From positions 96,001 to 160,000 of the forward strand of contig CAWBKP010000024.1 of assembly GCA_963789395.1 (NCBI GenBank): a stretch of 64,000 nt of DNA, given 5' to 3'. Made by a program: the position numbers and the translations under genes. Origin of the DNA: an uncultured delta proteobacterium. GTDB lineage: Bacteria > Desulfobacterota > Desulfobacteria > Desulfobacterales > Desulfatirhabdiaceae. The notes beneath the pieces were generated by a model, which was given only the letters and a program-made list of their open reading frames with translations, was not told the origin of the DNA and did not search any database. Positions 33,732 through 45,089 of this stretch are shown piece after piece (position 1 is the first letter of the stretch; every line of letters starts with the position of its first letter).

Positions 33732-34367
33732 ATGGATGAAACAGCGTCAACAACAATCGTTTGGGAAACGCCAGTTGGACGGATTCTGATCCGGTCGTTC
33801 TGCAGCAGGGATGAAATTCGAATGTGCAGTTTCGACAGCCAGTTCGGCATTCATCCGCATTACAAATCCCTGTATACCCGGAAAGAGACGCTGGAAAATA
33901 TCGCGGACTTGCCGGATGCCAATGTTGTATTGGCCTTGATCGACTATCAGCACATCATCGGTTTCGGCGTGCTGGTTCATCCGGAGCCGGATGAACGCTG
34001 GTCTGAGCTGGGTCCTGGAATCATGATCGAGATCAAGGCGATTGAGGTATGCCGGGACTGGCGATCCACGGGAATAGCCCGCGGCATCGTTTCGCAGTTG
34101 ATGAATCATCCCCGGATTGAAGACATGATCGCCTATATGGTGGGGTATTCCTGGACCTGGGACCTGGACGGTGCGCTGAAAACCGCCCAGGAATATCGTT
34201 CCATGCTCATCCGGCTGTTCGGACCATTCGGGTTTCAGGAATTTCAGACCAATGAGCCCAATATCTGTTTGAAACCGGAAAATATTTTCATGGCAAGAAC
34301 CGGAACTGCCGTTTCCAAAGAGGTCCAGACCCGGTTTAAATGGCTCCGTTTCGGCGTGTCGCCATAA
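33732..34367 (+). CDS. AcuA-like GNAT acetyltransferase
   Basis: PEPDERW, IEVCRDWRSTGIA, YSWTWDL, YRSML, TNEPNI..N..MARTG pattern of the AcuA family. Confidence 0.75.
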   Translation: MDETASTTIVWETPVGRILIRSFCSRDEIRMCSFDSQFGIHPHYKSLYTRKETLENIADLPDANVVLALIDYQHIIGFGVLVHPEPDERWSELGPGIMIEIKAIEVCRDWRSTGIARGIVSQLMNHPRIEDMIAYMVGYSWTWDLDGALKTAQEYRSMLIRLFGPFGFQEFQTNEPNICLKPENIFMARTGTAVSKEVQTRFKWLRFGVSP

Positions 34368-34412
34368 AATGGCGTAGAGCTTTAATCGGCAATGATGGCT
34401 ATTGTGGAGTAA

Positions 34413-35568
34413 TCACGCGTGACTTTCATTATCCGCAATTGCCGGCAGGTAGATGTCCACGGTTGTGCCCTGATTGACTTCGGATGCGATGAAAATAAAT
34501 CCGTCGTGCTTGTGAATGATGGAATATACGGTGGTCAGCCCCAGCCCCATGCCTTTTCGGGGTCCCAGTTCCTTGGTGGTGTAATAGGGATCAAATATCC
34601 GGGGAAGATGTTCGGAAGAAATTCCATGGCCCTGGTCCTGGATCATCAGGTGCAGGTAATTGCCTGAAGAAATCGGGTGGACCGGAAGGGGCGGATCGCC
34701 GGAAGCCACGATGTTTCTGATTGCAACACGAAGCTTACCCCCATCCGGCATGGCTTCGACCGCATTGGTCATCAAATGGGTGAGAGCATATCGCATCTGA
34801 TGCTCATCCACGTCAATATTCCATATGCCATCGGGCAGGTCAAGGTCCACGTCAATATTCGGGCTCGGAATTCCAATAACCTGGGATTCCTTGAGCAGCT
34901 TAAGGATCGAAGTCCTCTTTTTTGAAGGGTACCCGCATTTCGACAGGATGATGAACTGCTGGGTGAGCTCTTTGCCCTGGTTACAGATGGATTCAGCCTT
35001 TTCAAGAATTTTGAGGGCTTTATTTTCGGGGTTGAGTAAAAGCTGGGCCAGGGAAATGTTGCCCATGATGGACATCAGCAAATTGTTGAAATCGTGGGCG
35101 ATTCCACCGGCAAGAGTTGCCGTGAATTCAAGCTGCTGCGCTTTAATAAAATTTTCCCGGGTTTTTGATTGTTCGGTCACATCGTAAAGGGTACAAAAAA
35201 CAGATTTGGCATTGTTGCTGGTGGCCCGTCTCCTTAAAACCGCTAAAATAAACCCGGGTCAAGGATCCGTCTTTTCTGCGAACATTGATCTCAATGTCCC
35301 GGATTTGTTCTGAGGAGTCAATGGAAGTAAAATAAGCGCGGAGCTTTTCCGCATCCAAAGGCGGCAGCAGATCATAAAAGGAAGTGCCTGGAACATCCGC
35401 TTTCGTGTAACCCAGAAGTTTTTCCCAGGCCGGGTTAACCGACAGAATACATCCGGCGTCGTCCAGCGTCAGATACGGTACCGGGGCCTTTTCGTACATC
35501 AGCCGAAACCGTTTCTCGCAGGATTTTAGTGCATCCTGGGTTGATTTAAGATGTTCCTGGCCCGTCAT
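34413..35568 (-). CDS. PAS-domain sensor histidine kinase (indel near 35180)
   Basis: [39 protein letters not shown]. Confidence 0.88.
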
Positions 35569-35826
35569 TCAGAGGGTTTCCTCATGAACGGATAAATTAT
35601 AATCTTGCAAAATGGTATATCACCTTGATCAAAAGCACGCCATGGTCTGTTTCGGAAAGTATACAGTTATTTATCGAAAATGACCACAGGAATATCTTCA
35701 AAAGATTATATTTTGAATTTGATCATCCGGAAACCCGAATATGAAACGGCTGAAGATCTGTCCGCTGCATCCATTCAATAGGCATCCGTTAAGGGGTGAT
35801 GGATTTTCAAAGAATTCCGTCGCACG

Positions 35827-36546
35827 TCACAGTTCAAAATTTCCGGTTTTCAGTTCACTGTCTGACAGACAGGCCATCACATTGGCTCTTGCTGTCTGAA
35901 TGTGTTTTCGGATGGTCTCGATACTGCCGATAATGTCCTTGTTCCGCATCTTCTTCAGAAGCAGATGGTGGTCTGTGTTAAAATTTTCAATTCTTTCCAA
36001 ATCATAATTGTCGAGTTTTGCCCGCAGGTAGATGTGCTCCAAATTCATTTTCAAGTGCCATTTAAGAATTTTGTTTCCGGACATTTCAGCGATCTGAATA
36101 TGAATGGCTGCATCCAGAAATATTTTTTTTCTGTTGTAGTAAGGTGGTTTGTAATTTTCAAATTCAAGAATCTTTTCTTCGAGCTTTTGATAATCCGCTT
36201 CACTGGCTTTCAGGATAGCCTGCTCCACGGCATATGTTTCAAGCGCATCCCGAACCCCGAATGCATCCCATGCCTCTCCCAGGTCCATACGCCGGACATA
36301 AAATCCCCGGCGGGATTCTGAAACTACCAAACCCTGCTGTTCCAGTCGATTCAAGGCATTGATAACCGGTGTTCTGGACATTTTCAGCATTTTGGCCAAA
36401 TCATCATAAACCAGTCTCTGGCCTGGAACAAGCTTCTGATCAAAAATCAACTGTTTGATATTCCGATAAGCATCCTCGATGAGCGTATTGGAATCCTTTT
36501 TTGTTTTTGCGTCCATTCCGCTTTCAACTACAGCTAAATTTTTCAT
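35827..36546 (-). CDS. GntR/FCD family transcriptional regulator
   Basis: LVPGQRL..LAKMLKMSRTPVINALNRLEQQGLV..RGFYV; FCD H...H pattern. Confidence 0.92.
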   Translation of the reverse strand: MKNLAVVESGMDAKTKKDSNTLIEDAYRNIKQLIFDQKLVPGQRLVYDDLAKMLKMSRTPVINALNRLEQQGLVVSESRRGFYVRRMDLGEAWDAFGVRDALETYAVEQAILKASEADYQKLEEKILEFENYKPPYYNRKKIFLDAAIHIQIAEMSGNKILKWHLKMNLEHIYLRAKLDNYDLERIENFNTDHHLLLKKMRNKDIIGSIETIRKHIQTARANVMACLSDSELKTGNFEL

Positions 36547-36919
36547 TGTATTTTATAATATTCCCAAATGTTTCAATTCTATCCGGGTTGATTCCGAATG
36601 AATAGCAGGTATGGTGGACAGGCGGCTAACAGCATTATTCTTTGGAATCTAGTCGCAGGCCCGGTGAATATAACAAACATCTTCCGCCAGAGCTTCATCA
36701 CGATACAGCTCACCAATTGGAGATGTGACTTCTTCGTGCTCGATCTGACAGTTAAACGGTATATCAGTCAGGACGGATTTGCCTCGTTTCCCACTGTACA
36801 GAAAAGGAGAAATAAATTAATTATATATCCTTGTTTTGTCAATTTGCAGATAAAAACAGTTGCTGGTATAAGCCACGGACTTTCTAAATAAACAACTCCA
36901 GACGGCGTATATATGCCGA

Positions 36920-37894
36920 TCAGGATGGGTTGGGTGGAACTATGTTCGGCAATGCATTGGCAAGGATTTCATCAACAAGCGAATAAGGATCATTTTGATA
37001 AGACTGCATTACATTGCGGATTTCGGCCCGTTTTTCATCAGTCAGCCATTCAGTTTTGAACCATTCAAGGATCCGGTTTCCCATAAGATCTGTCAGCTCC
37101 TCCATGGCCAGTTTCTGCTTTCTGGCAATCGATTTCTCCGATGAAAGGGTCGCCTGCTCCAGCCTGTCAACCAGGGGGACAAATCCTTCTCCCAGGGTTG
37201 CGCTGGTTGTTAAGATCGACATAGCGGAATTATCCGGATTGTCATCGGATATCAGCGCTGCCTGAAGATTTCTGAGCACCTGGTTTGATTCGATCAGATC
37301 CGATTTGTTCACAATATAAATATCGGCAATCTCCATGATCCCCGATTTTGAATATTGAATGAGATCTCCCTGGCCGGGAGCACATACCAACAATATGGTC
37401 TGTACCGCTCTGGCGATATCGATCTCATCCTGCCCCGCACCGACCGTCTCGACAAGGATATAGTCTTTGCCAAACGCGTCCATAATCCGGATCACATCAC
37501 GGGTTGCCTGATTGAGCCCTCCGATTCCCCCCCTGGACGCCATGGAACGGATGAACACGCCGTCCAGGCAGGTGAGATCGTTCATGCGGATTCGATCCCC
37601 CAGGAACGCGCCACCGGAAAAAGGGCTTGAGGGGTCCACAGCGATTACGCCGACTGATTTCCCCCTTTTTACCAGTTCACGAACAATCCGGCCGGTAACG
37701 GTACTTTTTCCAGAGCCCGGAAATCCTGTAATCCCCACGGTTTTTGCATTGCCCGTAATTCGTGAAATACATTTCATGGCATCCAGCCAGCCGGGTTTCC
37801 GGTTCTCAACCCCAGTGATGATGCGGGCCATCGCCAGGGAAGAACCGGCTTTCAATCCTTCGAGTAACTCGTTCCAGTTTATGACATTTCTCAC
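36920..37894 (-). CDS. meaB: Acyl-CoA mutase-associated GTPase (MeaB/ArgK)
   Basis: GITGFPGSGKST, AVDPSSPFSGGAFLGDRIRM, ETVGAGQ, NKSD. Confidence 0.92.
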   Translation of the reverse strand: MRNVINWNELLEGLKAGSSLAMARIITGVENRKPGWLDAMKCISRITGNAKTVGITGFPGSGKSTVTGRIVRELVKRGKSVGVIAVDPSSPFSGGAFLGDRIRMNDLTCLDGVFIRSMASRGGIGGLNQATRDVIRIMDAFGKDYILVETVGAGQDEIDIARAVQTILLVCAPGQGDLIQYSKSGIMEIADIYIVNKSDLIESNQVLRNLQAALISDDNPDNSAMSILTTSATLGEGFVPLVDRLEQATLSSEKSIARKQKLAMEELTDLMGNRILEWFKTEWLTDEKRAEIRNVMQSYQNDPYSLVDEILANALPNIVPPNPS

Positions 37895-38027
37895 ATATCC
37901 ATCCAGTCATGCGCTTGAAATCAAATACCGGGTTTTTCCGGGTTCTTCACCGTTTTGAAATGGGCCCCCTGTTAATACAGCGCGAAAAGTGACGCCCGAG
38001 TTCGCAATAAGGATTCCCGGCAAAAAA

Positions 38028-38828
38028 TTATATTTGCAACTTGCCGACTTTGCTGGCTTTGATGTATTTCATGCAAAACCTGTCCTTGTTTACCAACGAT
38101 TCAGAGGCGATAATCAAGGCGTTCATGCACGCATCGGTCGGGTCCATGATTACAGCATCCAGACCGGCCGCTATGCTCATTACCACATAGGCACGATTAA
38201 GATGGCGGCGTTCCGGCAAACCATAGGAAACATTGCTCAGCCCGGATACGAAATGGAGTCCTGCAAATTTTTTACCCAGAGCTGTGATGATAGCCAGTGA
38301 ATCCAGAACCGCATTCGGGTCGGTGGCCAGGGTCCGAACCAGCGGGTCAAGATATATTCTATCTGCAGGAATATCCCCCTCAATGATGCTTGAGACAAGT
38401 TTTTCCCCGACTGCAATCGCCTTGTCTTTTTCCGTGGGGATACCGTTGTCATCAAGACACAGGGCAACAAGACGGGCATTGTATTGCTTGGCAAGGACGA
38501 GTATCTTATTGTATCGATCACTTTCACCACTGATCGAGTTAATCATTGCTTCACCCTTATGTACTGCCAGACCTGCTGCCAACGCCTTTGGATTCGGACT
38601 GTCGATACAAACTGGAAGACTTGTTGCCTCCTGGACAATCTTTATCATCCATGCCAGCACTTCGGGCTCTTCGTTTGGATCAAGAGTCCCACAATTTACA
38701 TCTATATAGTTCGCTCCGGCCTCTGCCTGTTTCACCGCTTCCTGGGCGATCGAATCTTGATCTCTTGTCTCCACAGCCCGACGAATCGATTTGCGTGAGG
38801 AGTTAATTTTTTCGCCGATTATAATCAT
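38028..38828 (-). CDS. Methyltetrahydrofolate:corrinoid methyltransferase (AcsE-like, MT2)
   Basis: MIIIGEKIN, IDVNCG, CIDSPN, INSISGE, DPLV, GLSNVSYGLP. Confidence 0.9.
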   Translation of the reverse strand: MIIIGEKINSSRKSIRRAVETRDQDSIAQEAVKQAEAGANYIDVNCGTLDPNEEPEVLAWMIKIVQEATSLPVCIDSPNPKALAAGLAVHKGEAMINSISGESDRYNKILVLAKQYNARLVALCLDDNGIPTEKDKAIAVGEKLVSSIIEGDIPADRIYLDPLVRTLATDPNAVLDSLAIITALGKKFAGLHFVSGLSNVSYGLPERRHLNRAYVVMSIAAGLDAVIMDPTDACMNALIIASESLVNKDRFCMKYIKASKVGKLQI

Positions 38829-38873
38829 TTGCGGTTCCTTACTGTATTGGTCGTCTGTTGACGATCTCAGTGT

Positions 38874-39506
38874 TTAAGCGTAGATTTCTTTGCAGATGTT
38901 CACACCATGGACAGCATCGGATGCAACGTAATCCGCACCGCAGAATGCTCTCACCTGCTCGTTGACCGGGGCACCGCCAATAATGGTCTTGACCTTCTCT
39001 CTCAAACCTTCTTTCTCAAGGGCTTCAATAACCGTCTTCATTTCCAGATAGGTGAAGTTCAGCAGTGCACTTAAAGCAAGAACAGAGGTCCCGCTCTCTT
39101 TGACGGCTTCAATAAATTTTTCGCAAGGGACGTCGACACCAAGGTCGATGACCTCAAAGCCTGAGCCCCGCATGAGGGTGGCGACAATGTTTTTTCCGAT
39201 ATCGTGGATATCACCTTTTACCGTTCCCAGTACAACCTTCTTTTTGGAATCCTGGTTTGCTTCTCCCTGAAGTAACGGGTCAAGCTTGACCATAACGCAT
39301 TTCAGAATTTCCGCTGAAAACATGAGCTGGCTGATAAAGTAGGTGTTTTCGGAAAACAACTCGCCGACTGCCACCATTCCCTCGTTCAGAGCATCAATGA
39401 TTTGCAGAACGGGCTTTTGTTCCTCTACATACTTTTCAACGAGGCTATATACTTTCTCTTCCTCGAGATCTCTTAAAGCTTCAGTTAATTCCTCCATGAT
39501 ATTCAC
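38874..39506 (-). CDS. Corrinoid (B12-binding) protein of a methyltransferase system
   Basis: GMVAVGELF, GTVKGDIHDIGKNIV, DLGVDV, SALL, GGAP. Confidence 0.93.
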   Translation of the reverse strand: MNIMEELTEALRDLEEEKVYSLVEKYVEEQKPVLQIIDALNEGMVAVGELFSENTYFISQLMFSAEILKCVMVKLDPLLQGEANQDSKKKVVLGTVKGDIHDIGKNIVATLMRGSGFEVIDLGVDVPCEKFIEAVKESGTSVLALSALLNFTYLEMKTVIEALEKEGLREKVKTIIGGAPVNEQVRAFCGADYVASDAVHGVNICKEIYA

Positions 39507-39531
39507 CTTTAATTTTTGATGACATATGCTC

Positions 39532-40905
39532 TTAGAATACCCACTGCCACATCCAGTTATAGGCCATGGCCTCCAGCTGTTCCCATGGTTTCTGTATCAT
39601 CATTTCATCGCCTTTGACGCCGCCCAGTTCCTTGTTCTTCACTTCCCATGGGGTTGTTACCGTCTGCGGCTTCAGTGCAGGCACATCTGCTTTTTCCGTA
39701 TTTAATTCCCGTGGGGTGTTGACTATTGTTGAATCGTAAACCCCGAACTCGAGCACAGCATCAATCAAGGCCCGGAGATTTTCCGGCTTGGTGTCATACG
39801 GAAAGCAGCATCCACCGGAAATGATATAGCCACCGTCTCGACCGACAGTCTCAGACAGGTGTTTCACCGATTCCCTCACTTTTTGAGGTGTTCCTAGAAT
39901 GAGGTCAGCGTTATCGACGCCACCGGAGATACACTGGTAACCGCCGAGTATTTCTTTTGCTTTGTAGATATTTCCCGGATTATCGATATCGCAAAGCACC
40001 TTCCCCTTGGGTAATTCCCGCAACCTGTGCAGGTGAGCATCCCAATTGCCCTCCAGGTAGGCCCGTACCGTGTAGCCTGCGTCAATCAGGATCTCCAGGG
40101 TCTTTTTGAACGATGGCCAGTAAAACTTGTCAAACTGGTCAGGCGACATGAACATCGCTTTGTGGGTTGGAACGAATATAGGATAACGTTTGAATGGATC
40201 TGCGGTGGAAAGGGCAAAGTTTGAGATTTCATGGACTATCACGTCACAGGCCTCTATTACTTTCCCCGGCTGGCGGAAAAGGTCCATCATGATTCCGTTG
40301 AGACCTCTCATGGCGTCCCCAAGGACGTCAAGAGGTGCGAGGAAAACACCAGTCATGGGCTGTGGCATCCCGAGTTTTTGTTCGAGTACCATACCGCGAT
40401 TACGCATAACCTGGCCCATCTGCATCTGCGCCATTCCACCCTTTAATGCGGCTGTGAAAGCACGCATTGAGCCCGGCTCAGCAAATTCGCTCAGCACCCG
40501 TGGCAGAAAAACTTCATAGAGAAACAGTCCAGGATTTGCGATGAAGCGTTCATATTCATTGCTTTTCATGTACTCTTTTTCATTGAACTGTATTGGGATC
40601 CTGGGTGCCAGATCGCGGCCCGGTATAGAAAAGGTCTTACAGCCGATCGCGTCATAAAGGGGTCCATAGAACCGATTATTTCGCAATACATCGATTTCCG
40701 GAAAAGCATTGATAAATGCCTCTTCGGCCTGTAGCCATTTTTCAGGATGATAGATCGTTTCCTGATGGGTATTGCCGGAGTAGATTTCGGCGATATTGTT
40801 GGTGCCTGGTGCTATCGGGATACGGTCTGTCGGTTGCAACGCAATCGCAGCCTGATACCGGCCAAGTCTTCTATTGAATGTTTGTTTCGCGTTGTCAGCA
40901 TCCAT
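39532..40905 (-). CDS. Uroporphyrinogen decarboxylase-fold protein, probable substrate:corrinoid methyltransferase (MT1)
   Basis: DRIPI, RGLNGIMMDL, FMSPDQFDKFYWP, CISGGV, DGGYIIS, KPENL; directly upstream of the corrinoid and MT2 genes. Confidence 0.8.
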   Translation of the reverse strand: MDADNAKQTFNRRLGRYQAAIALQPTDRIPIAPGTNNIAEIYSGNTHQETIYHPEKWLQAEEAFINAFPEIDVLRNNRFYGPLYDAIGCKTFSIPGRDLAPRIPIQFNEKEYMKSNEYERFIANPGLFLYEVFLPRVLSEFAEPGSMRAFTAALKGGMAQMQMGQVMRNRGMVLEQKLGMPQPMTGVFLAPLDVLGDAMRGLNGIMMDLFRQPGKVIEACDVIVHEISNFALSTADPFKRYPIFVPTHKAMFMSPDQFDKFYWPSFKKTLEILIDAGYTVRAYLEGNWDAHLHRLRELPKGKVLCDIDNPGNIYKAKEILGGYQCISGGVDNADLILGTPQKVRESVKHLSETVGRDGGYIISGGCCFPYDTKPENLRALIDAVLEFGVYDSTIVNTPRELNTEKADVPALKPQTVTTPWEVKNKELGGVKGDEMMIQKPWEQLEAMAYNWMWQWVF

Positions 40906-41002
40906 TGTTTGTCCTCATTGTTTTGGTCCATTTGGCATCTCTGTTTCATTGGCTTTCAAAGCTTTGATTGTTACCGGGTGTGCGCCTTAATCGTTTTTTT
41001 CA

Positions 41003-41240
41003 TTATTCGCTTTTTCGATTGGACCTGACAGGCTCCACGGTTTTTACAACTAAATTATGAAGAGCAGAAATCAGATTTTTTACAATATTCAAAGGAGGGT
41101 AGTGATCAATATTTCATTTCACCGTTTTCAAGTTCAATGCGGATAAGGCGAAGCTTCAGATCAAGCGTGTCCAGTCTCTGGTCCCTGCAGTTGGAATCAT
41201 TAAAATCAATCCAATAATGGTTTTTTCTGCAGCGGCCTTA
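41003..41240 (-). mobile_element. Degenerate IS4-family transposase remnant
   Basis: Broken frames read LDTLDLKLRLIRIELENGE / ILITTLL / LISALHNLVVKTVEPVRSNRK, resembling central and C-terminal IS4 transposase segments. Confidence 0.5.
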
Positions 41241-41342
41241 AGTCAATGACATTGACGCCATTGGCTTGATAAAACAGACAGAACAGTCATGCAATGCTAC
41301 GGTAAATCATCTCATTCATGCAAACTGTTTTTACATGACGCC

Positions 41343-42646
41343 TTACATATTGAAATGGTTAGGTAAAAATATGGCTATTTGCGGAAACACGACTATCAAT
41401 ACCGTCACAATCACCAGTGCAGCCAAAAACGGAAAAATCCCTTTGAATATGGTTTCCAGTGGTATCTGCGGGGCAATCCCTTTTATGACAAACACATTGA
41501 CCCCGACCGGCGGCGTAATGACACCCATTTCTGCAATCAGGACGATGATGACGCCAAACCAGATGGGATCAAAATTGAGCCGCTGAATCAATGGGAAAAA
41601 AATGGGAATGGTCACAACAATCAGTGCCATGGAGTCCATAAAAAAACCGCCGATAAAATAGACGAAGATAACCATCCCCATGATCAATATTTTGGGAATA
41701 GCCAGTGAGCCGACCCAGTTTGCAAGGGCAAACGGAATATTGGATATGGCCATGAAATGCCCGAAAACAGTCGCGCCGGCAATGATAAACAGGATCATGA
41801 CCGAGGTTCTCAACGCTTCCTTGCAGGATGAATAAAACATGGAAAATGATATTTTTCTTCTGGCGATGCCGATAATCAAGGCGCCGGCAGCACCAATCGA
41901 ACCTGCTTGTGTCGGACTGAACCATCCCAGAAACAAGCCGCCGATCGTCAATGAGAACAGGATGATTGCTTCACCAATCCCTGAAAATGCCCGGATTTTT
42001 TCCTTCCAGGTGGTGCGGGGGCCGGGAGGGCCATAATGTGGATTTCTGGCGCATAACAGGACCACCGTTACGATAAAGGCCAGCGTCAACAGAAGCCCCG
42101 GAATGATGCCGGATAAAAACAGCCTGCCGATGGACTGTTCGGTTAAAATCCCGTAAATGATGAAAATCGTACTGGGCGGAATCATGATCCCGAGGGTGCC
42201 GGCAGCAGCTACTGCACCTGTCGCCAATTTGTCGTCTACCCGTATTTTTTCATTTCCGGCAATGCGATTCGGCCCATGGTGGCGGCCGTGGCGGCGGTAG
42301 AGCCACAAATGGCTGCAAACCCCGCGCATGCCATGACGGTCGCAATGGTCAACCCGCCGCGCATTGCGCCCACCCAGACATGATTGGCCTTGTAAAGCCG
42401 TTCGCTGATGCCAGAGGCAAAGGCGAATGACCCCATCAGAATAAACATGGGGATGACCGAAAGGGTGTACGAACTGAACGTATCAAATATATCATACGCA
42501 AGAAGGGTAAGGGTGGATTCAACGCCGCTCAGCGTAAAAAAACCGAGGAGTCCGACCAGCATCATGGCAAAAGCAACGGGCATGCCAATTAAAAACAGAA
42601 AAACCATCAAACCGATACACAGAATTCCTACGGTCTCCGGGCTCAT
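41343..42646 (-). CDS. dctM: TRAP transporter large permease (indel near 42240)
   Basis: IPMFILMG, FAAICGSTAATAA, GTLGIMIPPS, DPIWFG, ITPPVGVN. Confidence 0.92.
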
Positions 42647-42717
42647 GACAATGTCCTTTGTGATGTTAGGGGCAAGAAAATGGCATAGTTATGCAGCATG
42701 ACAGTAAAAATACAAAT

Positions 42718-43234
42718 CTAAACCCGAACCGTTTTATCGAAAAACAGCTTGAGAATTTTGACACAAAATTCGATACATAGCGGTATCATGGCCAGCGTAA
42801 TACCGAAAGCAAACGGATAAAGCGGGATATGCGCCGTCGGGCTGACTTCTCCCTCATGATAAACCTGGTAGCCATATACAGCCAGACGCCAGCAAATGAG
42901 CAGAAAAAGAATCAGGCAGAGCATTTCAATGAAGAAAAAGGTCAGTTTTTTTATTGGGTTCGGCATTTTCATCAAAAAAAATTCCACACTGACATGACCG
43001 CTTGCGATGAGGGTTGACATCGCACCAAAAGATATGGCAGCAATCTGCGCCATCATGACCATGTCAATTGATCCCGGAACCGGCATCAGAAAACACTTTG
43101 GCGCCGACAACATCCGTGAAGGTGATGGCCATGGTCACCAGAAGCGCCAGAACGCCGATTGCTTCCATCGCCTTGCTCAGTTTATGATTGAATTTTTGTA
43201 CGGAATCGATCGTTTTCATGAAAGAATGCATCAT
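42718..43234 (-). CDS. dctQ: TRAP transporter small permease (indels)
   Basis: 4 TM; DVVG, PVPGSID, GHVSVEF; lies between dctP and dctM. Confidence 0.85.
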
Positions 43235-43269
43235 CAAGGGTATCCTCTGCCTGTTCCATGGTTGTTGAA

Positions 43270-43305
43270 ATATCCCCCCTTGAAAAGCGATGGCAGGGGG
43301 GATAT
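43270..43305 (-). terminator. Intercistronic stem-loop after dctP (attenuator or mRNA stabiliser)
   Basis: ATATCCCCCCT-N14-AGGGGGGATAT, perfect 11-bp stem. Confidence 0.6.
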
Positions 43306-43343
43306 CCAATTGCAGGGACGCATCACGGTTTCTTCAGCGCAAT

Positions 43344-44439
43344 TCAGAAGGGGCGCATCTCTTTGGGCCCGGTAGCGGAAGGAATTTTTAGCTCGATTTG
43401 TTTTTTTGTCCAGTAGTCATTTCTCTCGGCCATGTATTTCAGCCATCCCTGGATTTCATCTTCTTTGAAGCCGGCGATTTCATCTTGCTGACATAATCAA
43501 CCGTAACGACTTCGGCGGTTTTCTGCCATTTGTCGAATTCCTCTTTTGACAGATCCGTAAATTCCACGTTCTTTCCTTTGCAGCCAGCATGCCGTCAATA
43601 TCGATCCCATTCCAGAGCAATGGCAGTCTTTCCGAGTCTTCTCCGGCCAGTTCATCGAAAACAGCCTTGACATCCGGCGGCAGGCTGCTGTAGCTGCGTT
43701 TATTCATGACCACATAAAAGGTATAGGTGGAGCCGACATGCCAGGCATTGGTCACATATTTGGCGACTTCCGCAAACCGAAAGGTTTTCAGTGATTCCAT
43801 GGCCACATATGCGCCCTGTATCACGCCTTTGGACATGGCATCGTAGGTTTCAACGATGGGTGTCGGCGCGGGTGAGCCGCCCAGTGCCTTCACCACTTCC
43901 CCGATGGGTCCGGGCGCGCGGATGGTCGATCCCTTCAGATCATCCATTGTTTTCACCGGTTTGGTCAGAACCAGAATGCTGGGGCCATTTGCGAAGAAAA
44001 AGAGGGGGGGGACTTTATCCCATTCTTTCGGGGTAAACTTATAGTAAAAATCATTGACCACATGGCTGGCCACCCACCCACTGGGAAAAGCATGGGGCAG
44101 ATCGCAGGCTTCCGAGACCGGCGTTCGTCCGGGGTTATACTGAATATGCGCCAGACCGATATCGGTGATACCGCTTTCAACGCCCTTGAGCATCCCGGGG
44201 CCATTCAGCAGTGATCCGCCCGGAAAGTATTGAACCTTAACTTTGCCGCCGGTCCGCTCTTCAAGATCTTTGATAAATTCCTCACAAATTTTTGATTGCT
44301 GAGCGACAGGGGGAAAATAATTCGAGAATTTCAGGTTGATGACCGCATCTTTGGCCTCGATTGGCTGGTTTGAAATCAGAATGCCCAAGCACACAAACAC
44401 TGACACACCCAGATAAAACAATACACGGCTTTTTTTCAT
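43344..44439 (-). CDS. dctP: TRAP transporter substrate-binding protein (indels in 3' part)
   Basis: Signal peptide; RTGGKVKVQYFPGGSL, DLKGSTIRAPG, ETYDAMSKGV, VVMNKRSYSSLP. Confidence 0.9.
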
Positions 44440-44561
44440 GATCTAATCTCCTTTTCGTTGAGGTTCGTACTGATCACTCTCTGGTTGATTCAAGTCTTCA
44501 CACCGGCCTATTCACGATATAACAGCATAGCGTCTGAGAAAATTATTTGTCTTATTGCGAT

Positions 44562-45089
44562 TTAACATGCTACGGTTTTCCATTTTTGATTCTCGTCAAT
44601 CAGGCGACATTCATCAGACCAGTCGCAGACATTGCCGATCTGGTCCGCTGTCTGGAAAATCGCGGATTTGATTTCACAGGATTTGCCCTCGACATTGACT
44701 TCAAGATCGGCGACATATGTGGTTTCAAACTTCAGTTTTTCGATCAACTGATCCAGAATCATATTGATAATGGGACAATTATACGGTTTGATGCCGGTTT
44801 TGAGCAGCTTTGCCTCTTTGGGAACGTGAATGCATCCGGCGACTTTCATGTACAGCAGGATATTCTTGCCGCCAATGGAGTACGATGCATCTTGGATCAG
44901 GCCGGCAGACACCATTTCCCGGATGCAGTTTTCGATGATGTCTTCGGGTGTTTTTCCACGGATGTTCCGCGATTGAATAAAATCGATGCCGCTGAATTCG
45001 GTCTTCCAGGCAGCACAGTCGGAGAGTTCGTGATAGAATAGCTCCTCGCTTCTCGCCAGCAGATCATTAAAATAAGCGGTTTTGTCCAT
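44562..45089 (-). CDS. Cys-containing hypothetical protein
   Basis: Intact 175-aa ORF coupled by TAATG to the nitroreductase; GCIH, NCP and further Cys residues. Confidence 0.75.
   Translation of the reverse strand: MDKTAYFNDLLARSEELFYHELSDCAAWKTEFSGIDFIQSRNIRGKTPEDIIENCIREMVSAGLIQDASYSIGGKNILLYMKVAGCIHVPKEAKLLKTGIKPYNCPIINMILDQLIEKLKFETTYVADLEVNVEGKSCEIKSAIFQTADQIGNVCDWSDECRLIDENQKWKTVAC

Noticed and set aside
36620..36810. Possible cobalamin riboswitch on the minus strand upstream of gntR (GGGAA..GGCAAATCC..AACTGT)
   Set aside because: Only partial resemblance; no GCCACTG or B12-box element seen. An Infernal RF00174 search would decide. The stretch could equally be a gene remnant.
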